In this document: positions 50,758 to 60,070 of the stretch, piece by piece
How positions within the stretch are numbered: position 1 is the stretch's first letter
How the letters are laid out: each line of letters starts with the position of its first letter
Assembly: GCA_044222185.1 (NCBI GenBank)
Contig: JBGANV010000001.1
Location: 1,568,001-1,632,000 of the forward strand
Direction: 5' to 3'
Length of the DNA: 64,000 bases
From: Planctomycetota bacterium
GTDB lineage: Bacteria; Planctomycetota; GCA-002687715; CAIWVZ01
Notes under the pieces: generated by a model
Database searches by the model: none
What the model was told of the DNA's origin: nothing
What the model saw: the letters and a program-made list of their open reading frames with translations, nothing else
Program-made: the position numbers and the translations under genes

Positions 50758-51204
50758 TCAGGCGCCGGCCGGGATCAGCGGCTTGCCGTACCGGCGACCG
50801 GTGTGCTCGAGTCCGACACCCATGTAGAACGATTGCGCATCGGCCCGGTGCTCGTGCGTCGTCACGGAGAGACGCTCACAACCCGACCGCCGCGCGAAGT
50901 CCTCGACGGCGCGAACGAGAGCACGCCCCACGCCGGTCCGTCTGACGGCTTCTTCGACTACGAGCGTCGTGAGCCACGCGACGTCCCTGGGCCGCACCAC
51001 GACGCTCAGGATGTGCGCGGTCGCGAACCCGACCACTCCTGCCGCCGTCTCGGCGACGAGTGCGACCGCCCGGCCATCGGCCGCCATCCTCTCGACGCGG
51101 CGCCACATGTCGACGCCGTCCGTCGGATAGCCGAGCTGATGAACGAGCCGCGCCACGGCGTCGGCGTCCGTCGCTGCGGCCAATCGGATGTGAAGACTCG
51201 TCAT
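50758..51204 (-). CDS. GNAT N-acetyltransferase
   Basis: GGAGG RBS; LVV....RRTGVGRAL acetyl-CoA motif; A..FY...G. Confidence 0.88.
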   Translation of the reverse strand: MTSLHIRLAAATDADAVARLVHQLGYPTDGVDMWRRVERMAADGRAVALVAETAAGVVGFATAHILSVVVRPRDVAWLTTLVVEEAVRRTGVGRALVRAVEDFARRSGCERLSVTTHEHRADAQSFYMGVGLEHTGRRYGKPLIPAGA

Positions 51205-51395
51205 GGCTCCTCCGCGAGGCCGTCCCGGCGGCGACAGGCCTGGCGCTCGGCACTGTACCGGTGCGCAGGTCCGGTTCCGCTCATTCGGCCCAGACTCCCT
51301 GAGGACGAGCGGACCGACGGAACCAAGACCATTGATACCCTCGATCACGCGCAACCGAGCCCGACCCCGAGGCAACGCATCACGAGGAGGTCGCC

Positions 51396-51881
51396 ATGTC
51401 CGAGCCTGCAAGCCACGCCGCAAGAGTCGCCACGCCGTCGGATCGTGAGACCTTGATCACCCGCACGATCCGCTCGCCGAAACGGGCCGTGTTCGACGCA
51501 TGGACCGACCCGAAGAAGATTCCCCTGTGGTGTCTCGGGCCTCCGGGTTGGGCAATGCCCGTCTGCGAGGTCGACCTGCGCGCCGGTGGCAAGTGGCATT
51601 ACATGTGGCGAAAGGGCGACGGCGCCGAGATGGACATGGTCGGCACGTTTCGCGAAGTCTCATCCCCGGATCGCCTCGTCTGGACCGAGTCCTGGGGCCC
51701 CGAGTGGCCGGAAACGACCAACACACTCCTGCTGACCGAGAAAGACGGCGTGACCGTCGCGGCGATCACCATGCTCTACCCCACGCGAGAAGCCCGCGAC
51801 GCCGCACTGAAGACCGGGATGGCGGACGGCATGGAGCAGAGCTTCGTTCGCCTCGAGAAGCTCGTGCAGAAGACGACCTGA
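51396..51881 (+). CDS. SRPBCC/AHSA1 domain protein
   Basis: GAGGAGG RBS; VFDAWTDP, CEVDLRAGGKW, RDAALKTGM..GM..SF..L. Confidence 0.9.
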   Translation: MSEPASHAARVATPSDRETLITRTIRSPKRAVFDAWTDPKKIPLWCLGPPGWAMPVCEVDLRAGGKWHYMWRKGDGAEMDMVGTFREVSSPDRLVWTESWGPEWPETTNTLLLTEKDGVTVAAITMLYPTREARDAALKTGMADGMEQSFVRLEKLVQKTT

Positions 51882-52019
51882 CACGCCGAATTCGCGCCAC
51901 CGCGGGGACCACCGCACCGGCCGGTCACGGTCCGATGGCGACCCGCCCGCCGATGTCGGCCACGAATGACGGGGCCTCAGCGGCGGCGGCGCCTCGCCGG
52001 CCACCAACCGACCATCACG

Positions 52020-52436
52020 TCACGCGGAGGGTGCGACCGTCCCGTCGCGCGGCCGTCGTGGCAGAACGAACGCGCATCGCGCGTCCGGCGCCGCCAGCTC
52101 GGACGGGCTGTAGACGTCCCCAAGCTCCCCATCTGGGTGATCGAGGAGCCGAGGCCAGCGGCGTTTGATCGCTTCGAACGTCGCCCCCGGGCCCAGCACC
52201 TCCAGCTTCTCCGCCAGCAGGCAGAGGTACGCCCAAGTCATCGTCGCGTGGTACAGCTGTGGCTTCCCGCGCGACGCCGCGAAGCGCTGCAGCGCGTCCT
52301 TGAAACGCTCGGCAGCCCGTCCCAGCGACTCGCGGCTGAGATACCAGAACGCGACCCGGAGATGCTGTTCGTGTGTGAAGGGTGACAGGCCAGGGTCACA
52401 CGACTCGAAGGCGCGAACGAGAGCGTCGTCATCCAT
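52020..52436 (-). CDS. Conserved hypothetical protein
   Basis: F.HEQHLRVAF.YL, YHATMT.A and SP..L....AR..FV.P pattern; overlaps the upstream gene by 8 nt. Confidence 0.72.
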   Translation of the reverse strand: MDDDALVRAFESCDPGLSPFTHEQHLRVAFWYLSRESLGRAAERFKDALQRFAASRGKPQLYHATMTWAYLCLLAEKLEVLGPGATFEAIKRRWPRLLDHPDGELGDVYSPSELAAPDARCAFVLPRRPRDGTVAPSA

Positions 52437-52809
52437 CCAAGACGTCTCCGTCCGGTGTGCGCCTGGCCTCGCGTCCACGCCGACCGCCGCGAGGGCCGGG
52501 CGCGCGAACGCGCTCCGTGAGCCGATGACTGTCCTCCGCGGTGAGGTCCAGGCCGAAGACCTCCCGGAGCGCAGCGACTTGCTTCAACGTCGTCGCGGAG
52601 AACGGCGACTTCCCGTCCAGGGCATGGAGGACGATGCCCTCGAGGAGGTCACCGAGCGTAATCTCCTTCGCGTCCGCCAGCGCACGAAGCACCATGAGGA
52701 GACGCTTCTCCAGTCGCACTCCCGTCTGAACGCGCTCGATCTGGGTCGAACGCGCCCCGCCCGCACCCCTGCCAGGGCGCCCGCGAACGGAGGATGTGGC
52801 CTTCTGCAT
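52429..52809 (-). CDS. Small putative ribbon-helix-helix DNA-binding protein
   Basis: ERVQTGVRLEKRLL.VL.ALA....TLGDLLEGIVLHA (strand-helix-helix pattern); start moved to ATG 52809. Confidence 0.7.
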   Translation of the reverse strand: MQKATSSVRGRPGRGAGGARSTQIERVQTGVRLEKRLLMVLRALADAKEITLGDLLEGIVLHALDGKSPFSATTLKQVAALREVFGLDLTAEDSHRLTERVRAPGPRGGRRGREARRTPDGDVLDG

Positions 52810-52830
52810 GTACCACGGTACCAGTGTACC
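52810..52830. promoter_or_regulatory. Three GTACC direct repeats with 8-bp period; candidate operator
   Basis: GTACCacgGTACCagtGTACC directly abuts the start codon of the RHH-like gene. Confidence 0.5.
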
Positions 52831-53229
52831 GGGTGAACCCCAGATCGCGACGCACGATGGCCCGGCGGATGCGCATGGACGACGCGGGCCGCGCAACCGC
52901 CGCTGCCCGAGCCATCGCATCGCCAACGCTCGCCGAACCCGGACCATGAACCGAGAGGCTCGGCTCACAGGCGCACGTCGTCCCGTGTGCCGGACGGCGC
53001 TCCTCGTATGCGAGCATCGTTGGATGGCGGAGCCAAACCATGGCGAATGGAGCACGCTCCCCCGAGGTCGGCCTCCGCGTAACCGGCTACTGCAAGCCCG
53101 ACCGCGCAAACGGGTTTGCGATCCGGAACACTCCAATCCCCCGCCCCGTCGGGTCTGCGCGTGACGATCGACCCGGAAATGGCCTATAGGATGCGCACTC
53201 CCCTGATGGCCCTCCCGACGGAGCTCATC

Positions 53230-56200
53230 ATGCGACAGTCCTGCCTTCCCATAGTGCTGTTCACGTCCGCGGCAATGTTGGTGCCGCCCGTACGCGCGCA
53301 ACTCGAGCCGGCGCCGACGTTCACCACACCTCAAGCCGTGGGCATCCAATACGACATCGTCGCCTGTCGTATGCCGCTCCCTTCAACGCTTCCCGCGGAT
53401 TACCGGGACTGGTTTCCCGACGTGTTCAACTTCTCGATATTCGTTGGACCGGGCTCGGACCTGGTCGCCATCCACCCGGATGGGACCGAGACCGTCCTCG
53501 TCTCCGCGGGGAGCGTGCCGATACAGTCGGTCCCGGGAGGTGTGACGCGCACGTCCGCCAACGCGTCGATCGTGGATCCGCTCGTGTCCTTCGACGCGAA
53601 GTCGATCTACTTCGCGTTGTTCGAGGACCCCATCGCTCGCCATTTCCAGCGGAAGCTGCCGATCAAGCCGGCCTTCATCTTCCGTTACAGCCTCACGACC
53701 GGGGCGGTGACCCAACTCACGTTCGACGATCAGGTCGACGTCTCCGACCAGTTTCGCCAGGTGGCGCCGCCGTACGCGAAACTCGACGTCGCTCCGGTGG
53801 AACTCGCGGATGGCCGCATCCTTTTCCTCTCCAACCGCGCGAACGTGATGGAGCCGGGGAACGAGAAGCCCGCGATGCGCTTCTACCGGATGCACGGTGA
53901 CGGGTCGAACGTCGAGCCAGTCGAGAACTTCACCCTCGGGTCGTGCCAGCACCCGATCATCCTCCGGGACGGTCGCATTGCGTGGACGCATCACCACCCC
54001 GTCGGACGCCGGAACATCAACGGCAACTTTCCGCTATTGGTCGCGAACCCGGACATGAGCGACATCAAGACCATGGCGGGCGACCACTACTACAACACCG
54101 CGTTCCACTTCATCTCGCAGCTATCCAACGGCGACTTCGTCTCGAACAGCTACTACCAGCAGAACAACTTCGGCCACGGGATGATCGTCAGGTTTCCGCT
54201 GGTCAGCGGGCAAGGGTTCAACCCGGTCAGCGACATCGCGTCATCGAGCGCGCATTTCGAACGTGTATCGCAGACGACGGCGGTCCCGTGGCCGCTCGGC
54301 AATCTGAACGACGACCACGCCGCGCGCCTTCGCGGTGGAAGCCAGACGGAGCGCGTCGGCAAGGTGACGATGCCGTCCGGAGCACCAGGCGGCGACATGC
54401 TGATGGTCTGGAGCCCCGGTCCGGTCAACAACCTGAACCGCCCCGTCTCGGGCTTCCCGCACATGCACGTGGCCTATGCCCCGGGCGGGAGCACCCCGAC
54501 GTGGTCGGCCATGTCCATCCTCAAATGGAGTGCCTCGTACCACTACATGTACCCGAAGGCGGTCGTGCCTTACGCGGCGATCCACGGCGTCGCAAAGCCG
54601 ACGCTGATCCCAGACACGACGAACAGCGGATCGATTGCCGCCCTCCCGGCAGGATCCGCATTTGCAACGACCGGCACCTCGTCCGTGTACAACCGCGAGA
54701 GCCGGTGGCCCAATCCCTACGACGACGCGGTCGACCCCAACATCGTCAACAACCTCCTCTACTCGTCCACCTTGTTCGTCGTCGGTCAGGACACCATTCG
54801 GTTCCCGAACTCCCGCATCCACGCCGCGCAGGTCGTCGCCGACATGTCCCACGTCTTCGGGAACAACTCCTGGTATCAGCCGCTGGCCGGTCGATACCGA
54901 TCGCACAACAACGGGACCCAGGTCTGGGGAATCCTCGGCGAGATCCCATTGCGGAAGTTCGCGCCGAACGGTTCGCCGATTCTCGACGCGCAGGGTAATC
55001 CCGACACGTCGTACGAGGTGCGGATCCCCGCGGATGTCCCCTTCCACAATCGCGTCATCGACGTCGACGGGATCACGCTGACCTCGGAGACGACCTGGCA
55101 CAGTGCCCGTCCCGGCGAACGGAAGAACAACTGCGGCGGCTGTCACGCGCACTCGATCAACACGCAGCCATTGGACTTCGGCACGACCGCAGCCGGGCAG
55201 GCGGGTTACACGGTGACGGACTTCGCTCTGCAAACGCCGGTCGTGAGCCGCGATCCCCAGAACCAACCGTCCGTCCTGATCAAGCCTGGACGCGCCTGGG
55301 TCGTGGAGTATTGGCAGGACGTCCAACCGATCCTGACGGCGCGGTGCGTCGGCTGCCACAACTCGCCGGCGAGCCTCGACCTTCGCGCCAACGCGTCGCC
55401 GCCTCCGTGGGACAGCCTCGCGTTCACGAACACGAGCGGCTACCCGATCCTCTATGGCGCCCACCAACCGACGAAATACGTCCGCAAGAACGCCGCGAGC
55501 CAGAGCCTCCTCGTGTGGAAGGCCTATGGCTCGCGGCTCGACGGTCGCAGCGACGGCAACGGGCGCCCTGGCGACATCCCCTTCGGCCCGGCGCACGCAC
55601 CGACGATCACTTTCGACGAGAAGCGAACGATCGCCGCATGGGTGGATCTCGGGTGTCAGGTCGACGTCAATCCCGCCTCGGCCGACGAGAGCGATCCCTT
55701 CGACGACCAGATGAAACCCTCGCTCGCAATCTCGGGGATCACGCGTGGCAAGGTGACGACGGCACCGACGTCGATCACCGTGAGTGGCTACGACCTCCAC
55801 TCCGGAATCGCGCCCGCATCGCTCGAAATTCGCATCGGCAGCTGGACCGCGACGAACCTGGCGGCGGGAACCACGATTTCGAACGGCAGCGTGCACACGA
55901 TCCCTTTGCCTGCGCTGGCGACCGGCCAGCTCCACAAGATCCACGTGCGCGTCGCGGACGTCGCCGGGAATCGATCCCGCGAGATCCTGGACGTCATGGT
56001 CCTGAGCCCTGCAGCTCTCGTCACCGTCGGCTCGGGAAGCCCTGGGACCGCCGGCCAGGTACCCACGCTCTCCGGAAGCACGCTCCCGCGTGTCGGCGAG
56101 CAGGCGTTCGAACTCGTCGTGGCCAACACGGTGCCGAATACCCCCACGATCATCTGGTCTTCGGCGGCTCTGGCGAACCCGCCATTCCAGCTCCTGCCCA

Positions 56201-56418
56201 ATGCGTTCGTGTATCTGTCCTCGCTCGACACGTTCTCGTTCGGAGTCACGGATTCCACGGGCAACTACCGGGCGGGGCTGCCGATCCCCAACGACCCGGG
56301 CCTGAACGGGGTCACGCTGTACTTCCAGTCACTCGTCTTCGACCCGGGCGGGCAGCAGCTCATTCCCGGCGTCACCGGAGCACTCACGCCCGGGCTCGCC
56401 CTGACCGTCGGCGGGTGA
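53230..56418 (+). CDS. Exported hydrazine-synthase-alpha-like protein with two CXXCH heme motifs and a C-terminal beta domain
   Basis: Signal peptide; propeller-like N-terminal half (DP.VSFDAK, DGRILFLSNR); IPADVPF...D.DG...W..ARPGE..NCGGCH (55132-55146); VQPIL.ARCVGCH (55345-55359); IAAWVDLG. Confidence 0.8.
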   Translation: MRQSCLPIVLFTSAAMLVPPVRAQLEPAPTFTTPQAVGIQYDIVACRMPLPSTLPADYRDWFPDVFNFSIFVGPGSDLVAIHPDGTETVLVSAGSVPIQSVPGGVTRTSANASIVDPLVSFDAKSIYFALFEDPIARHFQRKLPIKPAFIFRYSLTTGAVTQLTFDDQVDVSDQFRQVAPPYAKLDVAPVELADGRILFLSNRANVMEPGNEKPAMRFYRMHGDGSNVEPVENFTLGSCQHPIILRDGRIAWTHHHPVGRRNINGNFPLLVANPDMSDIKTMAGDHYYNTAFHFISQLSNGDFVSNSYYQQNNFGHGMIVRFPLVSGQGFNPVSDIASSSAHFERVSQTTAVPWPLGNLNDDHAARLRGGSQTERVGKVTMPSGAPGGDMLMVWSPGPVNNLNRPVSGFPHMHVAYAPGGSTPTWSAMSILKWSASYHYMYPKAVVPYAAIHGVAKPTLIPDTTNSGSIAALPAGSAFATTGTSSVYNRESRWPNPYDDAVDPNIVNNLLYSSTLFVVGQDTIRFPNSRIHAAQVVADMSHVFGNNSWYQPLAGRYRSHNNGTQVWGILGEIPLRKFAPNGSPILDAQGNPDTSYEVRIPADVPFHNRVIDVDGITLTSETTWHSARPGERKNNCGGCHAHSINTQPLDFGTTAAGQAGYTVTDFALQTPVVSRDPQNQPSVLIKPGRAWVVEYWQDVQPILTARCVGCHNSPASLDLRANASPPPWDSLAFTNTSGYPILYGAHQPTKYVRKNAASQSLLVWKAYGSRLDGRSDGNGRPGDIPFGPAHAPTITFDEKRTIAAWVDLGCQVDVNPASADESDPFDDQMKPSLAISGITRGKVTTAPTSITVSGYDLHSGIAPASLEIRIGSWTATNLAAGTTISNGSVHTIPLPALATGQLHKIHVRVADVAGNRSREILDVMVLSPAALVTVGSGSPGTAGQVPTLSGSTLPRVGEQAFELVVANTVPNTPTIIWSSAALANPPFQLLPNAFVYLSSLDTFSFGVTDSTGNYRAGLPIPNDPGLNGVTLYFQSLVFDPGGQQLIPGVTGALTPGLALTVGG

Positions 56419-56662
56419 CCCGACCGGACCGACAGTGACGGCGGTCACGGTCTGCGAAATCCCAGCCGCGGGCCGCGACCGCAACGCCTGGTGAGGCGTC
56501 GATCGAAACCGTCCTCGTTCCGCGCACCGCACACGCCGTCGCGAGCCCGTCGGGTGCCACCGACGAGCAGCGGCCGATCGAGTACGATGCGCCCCTGCAC
56601 TCGAACCCGAGGCGGGGTCGTACTCCGCCTGCCCGCGAATGCACAGCACCGTGAGCAAGCCG

Positions 56663-57631
56663 ATGGTGATGCCGAAACCCAGGAGAGCGTCGCGAGTCAG
56701 CGAGCGGAGGGCCGAGTCGAAGCCAGCGCGAAACGCACGCGCGAAGTCGGCGTCGCCCGCCGCGGCGACGCCCGGCTCCGGCACCTCTGCCACGGCGCTC
56801 ATCGACGCGCGGATCCGTTCACTGGGCGATTGGCGCGGCGAGACTCTCGCCGAAGTCCGGCGGATCATCCGCGGAGCGGACCCGCAGATCGTTGAGGAGT
56901 GGAAGTGGATGGGCACGCCCGTGTGGTCTCTCGATGGCAACATCTGCACGGGTGAGACGTACAAGGCGGTCGTCAAGCTCACCTTCGTTCGCGGCGCCGC
57001 CCTGAAGGACCCGAAGAAGCTCTTCAACTCCAGCCTGGAAGGAAACACGCGCCGCGCAATCGACATTCGCGAGGGCGAGGTCGTCGACGCAGAGGCGCTG
57101 ACGCAGCTCATCCGCGCGGCCGTCGCTGCAAATCAGGAGGCGACGGTCGGCAAACCCACGGTGCGGAGGGCGAAGTCCCGCGCCGCGCCCGCGCGAGACC
57201 CCGTCGCCCGCAAGGGGTCACCCCGGCCGAAGGCGTCCGTCGTCCTGCTCGCGGGCGGCAACCCTCAAGTGGCAAAGGCAGACGGCGACGCTCCCGTACA
57301 GGCGTACATCGCCGCGATTCCAGGTTGGAAGCGCGGGATCGGTGAGCGCATCGACGCCCTCGTCACGAGCCAGGTGCCCGCAGTGCGAAAAGCCGTGAAG
57401 TGGAACTCGCCCTTCTACGGAGTCGAGGGTCAGGGGTGGTTCCTCTCGTTCCACGTCTTCACCCGCTACGTGAAAGCGACGTTCTTCCGAGGCACGTCGC
57501 TGAAGCCCGCGCCGCCGGGAGGCACCACGAAGGAAGCGCGCTGGATCGACATCCACGAGGATGACTTCGATGACGCGCAGATGAAGGCCTGGGTGAAGCA
57601 AGCCGCCCGAGTGCCCGGCTGGATGGCTTGA
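56663..57631 (+). CDS. Tandem DUF1801 (YdhG-like) domain protein
   Basis: Domain 1 has EEWKW.GTPVW...KLTF.RGA.L.DP..LFN; domain 2 has KAVKWNSPFYG...FFRG.SL.P; basic linker between them. Confidence 0.85.
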   Translation: MVMPKPRRASRVSERRAESKPARNARAKSASPAAATPGSGTSATALIDARIRSLGDWRGETLAEVRRIIRGADPQIVEEWKWMGTPVWSLDGNICTGETYKAVVKLTFVRGAALKDPKKLFNSSLEGNTRRAIDIREGEVVDAEALTQLIRAAVAANQEATVGKPTVRRAKSRAAPARDPVARKGSPRPKASVVLLAGGNPQVAKADGDAPVQAYIAAIPGWKRGIGERIDALVTSQVPAVRKAVKWNSPFYGVEGQGWFLSFHVFTRYVKATFFRGTSLKPAPPGGTTKEARWIDIHEDDFDDAQMKAWVKQAARVPGWMA

Positions 57632-57684
57632 TCCGTCGGCGGTCCATCCGGTGCCTCCTCCCGCGATGCACGTCGCGAGTCCCC

Positions 57685-58893
57685 ATGCGTGACCTTGCGC
57701 CCACGGCACACCGAGCCTGGGCGCGGATCGTGCTCATCCTCCTCGCCGTGAGCGGCGTCGACGGCTGCTCGACCCTCGCCGCACGCCGTGAGAACTCGGA
57801 CTCGCGGGTCGAGCCGTCAGGCAATCCGTCACCGCTCGGGCGAGAAGCGGCGGTCTTGGAACTCGTCATCGACAACCCGTTCCGCCTCGCGTTCGACGTC
57901 GTCGAGGTCTCCGGCGACGACGACGTCAGGATCGTCTCCCAGGAGTCGAGCCGACGCTGGCGCCAGCCGATGCGCGCAGGGCTGTACGAGGTCGTCGCCC
58001 ACGGCGGCAGTCGCTCGTTCGGCCTGCCAGCGCCGCTTCTGAGGGGCGTCGTCCCTGACGGGCGCCTGACGATCACGATCCCCGCGGCCCAGCCGGAAGA
58101 CGAGACGTGGGCGTGGATCCCCCGTGGCGTTTCGGTGATGGGAGACACGATCGGAGTCGGTCAGGAGGACGAACGGCCTGCCCACCTCGTCGAGCTGCCC
58201 GATTTCTGGATCGGACGAACCGAGGTCACCAACGCAGACTACGTCCGCTTCCTGAATGATCCCGCGGTGAGCGTCGACGAGCGCTGGCTGGCGTTCGACA
58301 GCCTCAAGTGCCTCGTGAGGCAGGACCAAGCGACCCGACGCTGGACGACCGACTCCCCCGCCTTCCCCGTCGTCACCGTGAGCCTCTCGGGCGCCGAGGC
58401 GTACTGCCGGTGGATGACGAGTCGGACGTCGGTACCCCACCGACTGCCGACCGAGGCCGAGTGGGAGAAGGCGGCTCGTGGTCCGCGATCGACGGTCTAC
58501 GACTATGGGTCCACCTTCCGCCGCTTCGCCGCGAACCAGCAGAGCGGTCGCCTCCGCGAAGTGAACGCCTACGGGCTCCACGGGTTCGGTGTGGCGGACC
58601 TGACGGGCAACGCCTTCGAGTGGGTCGCCGACGACTACGATCCCGACGCCTACGCCGGGCGCGACTCCCGTTTCACGTCGAGTCCGTCGATCCGACACGC
58701 ATCGAGCGCAGCCGACACCCGGTACCATGTCCTGCGCGGTGGATCGTTCGTTCTCGACGGCATGTACCTCAGAAACAGCTTCCGGATGAGGCAACGACCA
58801 TCGGTCCGCACGGAGGATTTCGGCTTCCGTGTCGTTCGAGAGTCCAGACCCGACGCCGAGGTGATCACGTCATGCGAATCACGACCTGGCTGA
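57685..58893 (+). CDS. FGE-sulfatase (SUMF1/PvdO/NirV-like) domain protein, probable lipoprotein
   Basis: DERPAH.V, TEVTN.DY, PVV.VS...AEAYC.W, RLPTEAEWEKAARG, GNAFEW, RGGSF, GFR; N-terminal hydrophobic helix then Cys. Confidence 0.88.
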   Translation: MRDLAPTAHRAWARIVLILLAVSGVDGCSTLAARRENSDSRVEPSGNPSPLGREAAVLELVIDNPFRLAFDVVEVSGDDDVRIVSQESSRRWRQPMRAGLYEVVAHGGSRSFGLPAPLLRGVVPDGRLTITIPAAQPEDETWAWIPRGVSVMGDTIGVGQEDERPAHLVELPDFWIGRTEVTNADYVRFLNDPAVSVDERWLAFDSLKCLVRQDQATRRWTTDSPAFPVVTVSLSGAEAYCRWMTSRTSVPHRLPTEAEWEKAARGPRSTVYDYGSTFRRFAANQQSGRLREVNAYGLHGFGVADLTGNAFEWVADDYDPDAYAGRDSRFTSSPSIRHASSAADTRYHVLRGGSFVLDGMYLRNSFRMRQRPSVRTEDFGFRVVRESRPDAEVITSCESRPG

Positions 58894-59900
58894 GCGCGAC
58901 GCTCCTGCTCGCCGCACTCCCTGCCACCGCACAGATGGAGAAGAGGAACGACGAGCTTTACGGGAAGGACTTCACGAAGACGAATCCAATGGTCGGCGCG
59001 CAGGTGCCCGACCTCGCCCTCTGCGATCTGGATGGACGACCCTGGGCCCTTTCGACGCTGAAGGGATCGACGGTCGTCATCATCAAGTGCGGCTTCACCT
59101 GACCGCCGTTCCGCCGCGCTGCCGCAGGTCTGCGCAGCCTTCACAAGCAGTACACGAACGTCGTGTTCCTCGCGATCGAACAGCGAGAGCCGCACGCCGG
59201 GCAGCTCGCATTTGCCGACGTCGAGCAGCCCTCCTCCTACGCCGAGCGTCAGGCACTCGCCGTTCGGTGCCGTGACGAATTCCAGATCCCGTTCCGGATC
59301 CTCGTCGACGGCATGGACGACGCGAGCCGCGCGCTGTTCGGCGACCTCCCGAGCCCGGCGTTCATCATCGAATCGACCGGACGGATCGCCGCCAAGCTTC
59401 CCTGGTCGGACCCGGAGCTGATCGCGGACGGACTCAACGCGGTCGAGCGTGCGGCCGAGTCCCGCTCCACCCAGCCGTCGGACATGAACGAGGTGATCGC
59501 GCTCGCGCGGAAACGCATGTCCGTGAAGGCGCACGCGGAGGCTCGCATCCTCCTGACGAACGCGATCCGCTCGATGCAGCACCTCTCACCGGCGACGCTC
59601 GCGGAGGCGCACCTCGCACTCGCATCCGCATGCCGGGGCGAGGGCAACACGGGTGACGCGACCACGTCGGCGACCGAGGCCGAGGTTCTGGCTCGCAAAG
59701 CCTGGTCGTCGAATCCGGCTCGGCTGGTTGCCGCACTGTGCGAGCTCGCAGCGCTGGAGCCGCCGGGCCCGTCCGCCGACGCTCGCTGGGCTGCGGCCGC
59801 CGCAGCGCTGGAATTCCGCGCGCCCATTTCCCAACGCACCTGGATCGAAGCTCACTCAGGCGGTGCGTCCACGCGAGCTGCGTCGCGACCGACCCGATGA
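58872..59900 (+). CDS. Exported deiodinase-like (thioredoxin-fold) selenoprotein with Sec at codon 77 and a helical/TPR-like C-terminus
   Basis: ORFs ending at 59102 and starting at 59163 are in the same frame, separated by one TGA (59100-59102). Read-through gives KCGFT-U-PPFRR...AIEQREPH...VDGMDD...PAFII, 342 aa. SECIS-like hairpin follows; selA is nearby. Confidence 0.88.
59118..59138 (+). promoter_or_regulatory. Bacterial SECIS element
   Basis: GCTG-c-CGCAGGTCTGCG-CAGC hairpin starting 15 nt after the TGA; apical GCAGGTCTGC is the same as the E. coli fdhF SECIS tip. Confidence 0.8.
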
Positions 59901-60070
59901 CCGCCCGCGCCGCAACGCTGCGGCCCGATGACACGTCCCGTTCGGCACGCTGATCGCACGATGCGCGGCACGCATCGGAGGCGCGATCGCCCGTTACGAG
60001 GGCCGTACGCCGCGCCGGCCGCTGATGGTCGCAGGCGCGAACGAGCGTCGACTCTCACGCGCGTCGACGT

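Noticed and set aside
57685-58893. FGE/CLec-fold gene as a diversity-generating retroelement target or as SenA/EgtB
   Set aside because: No template repeat or reverse transcriptase was seen in the window, and there is no DinB-like N-terminal domain.
58872-59900. Pseudogene or two separate genes at the in-frame TGA
   Set aside because: The TGA sits exactly at the catalytic position of a T-x-PPF motif, has a SECIS-like hairpin downstream, and selA is present.
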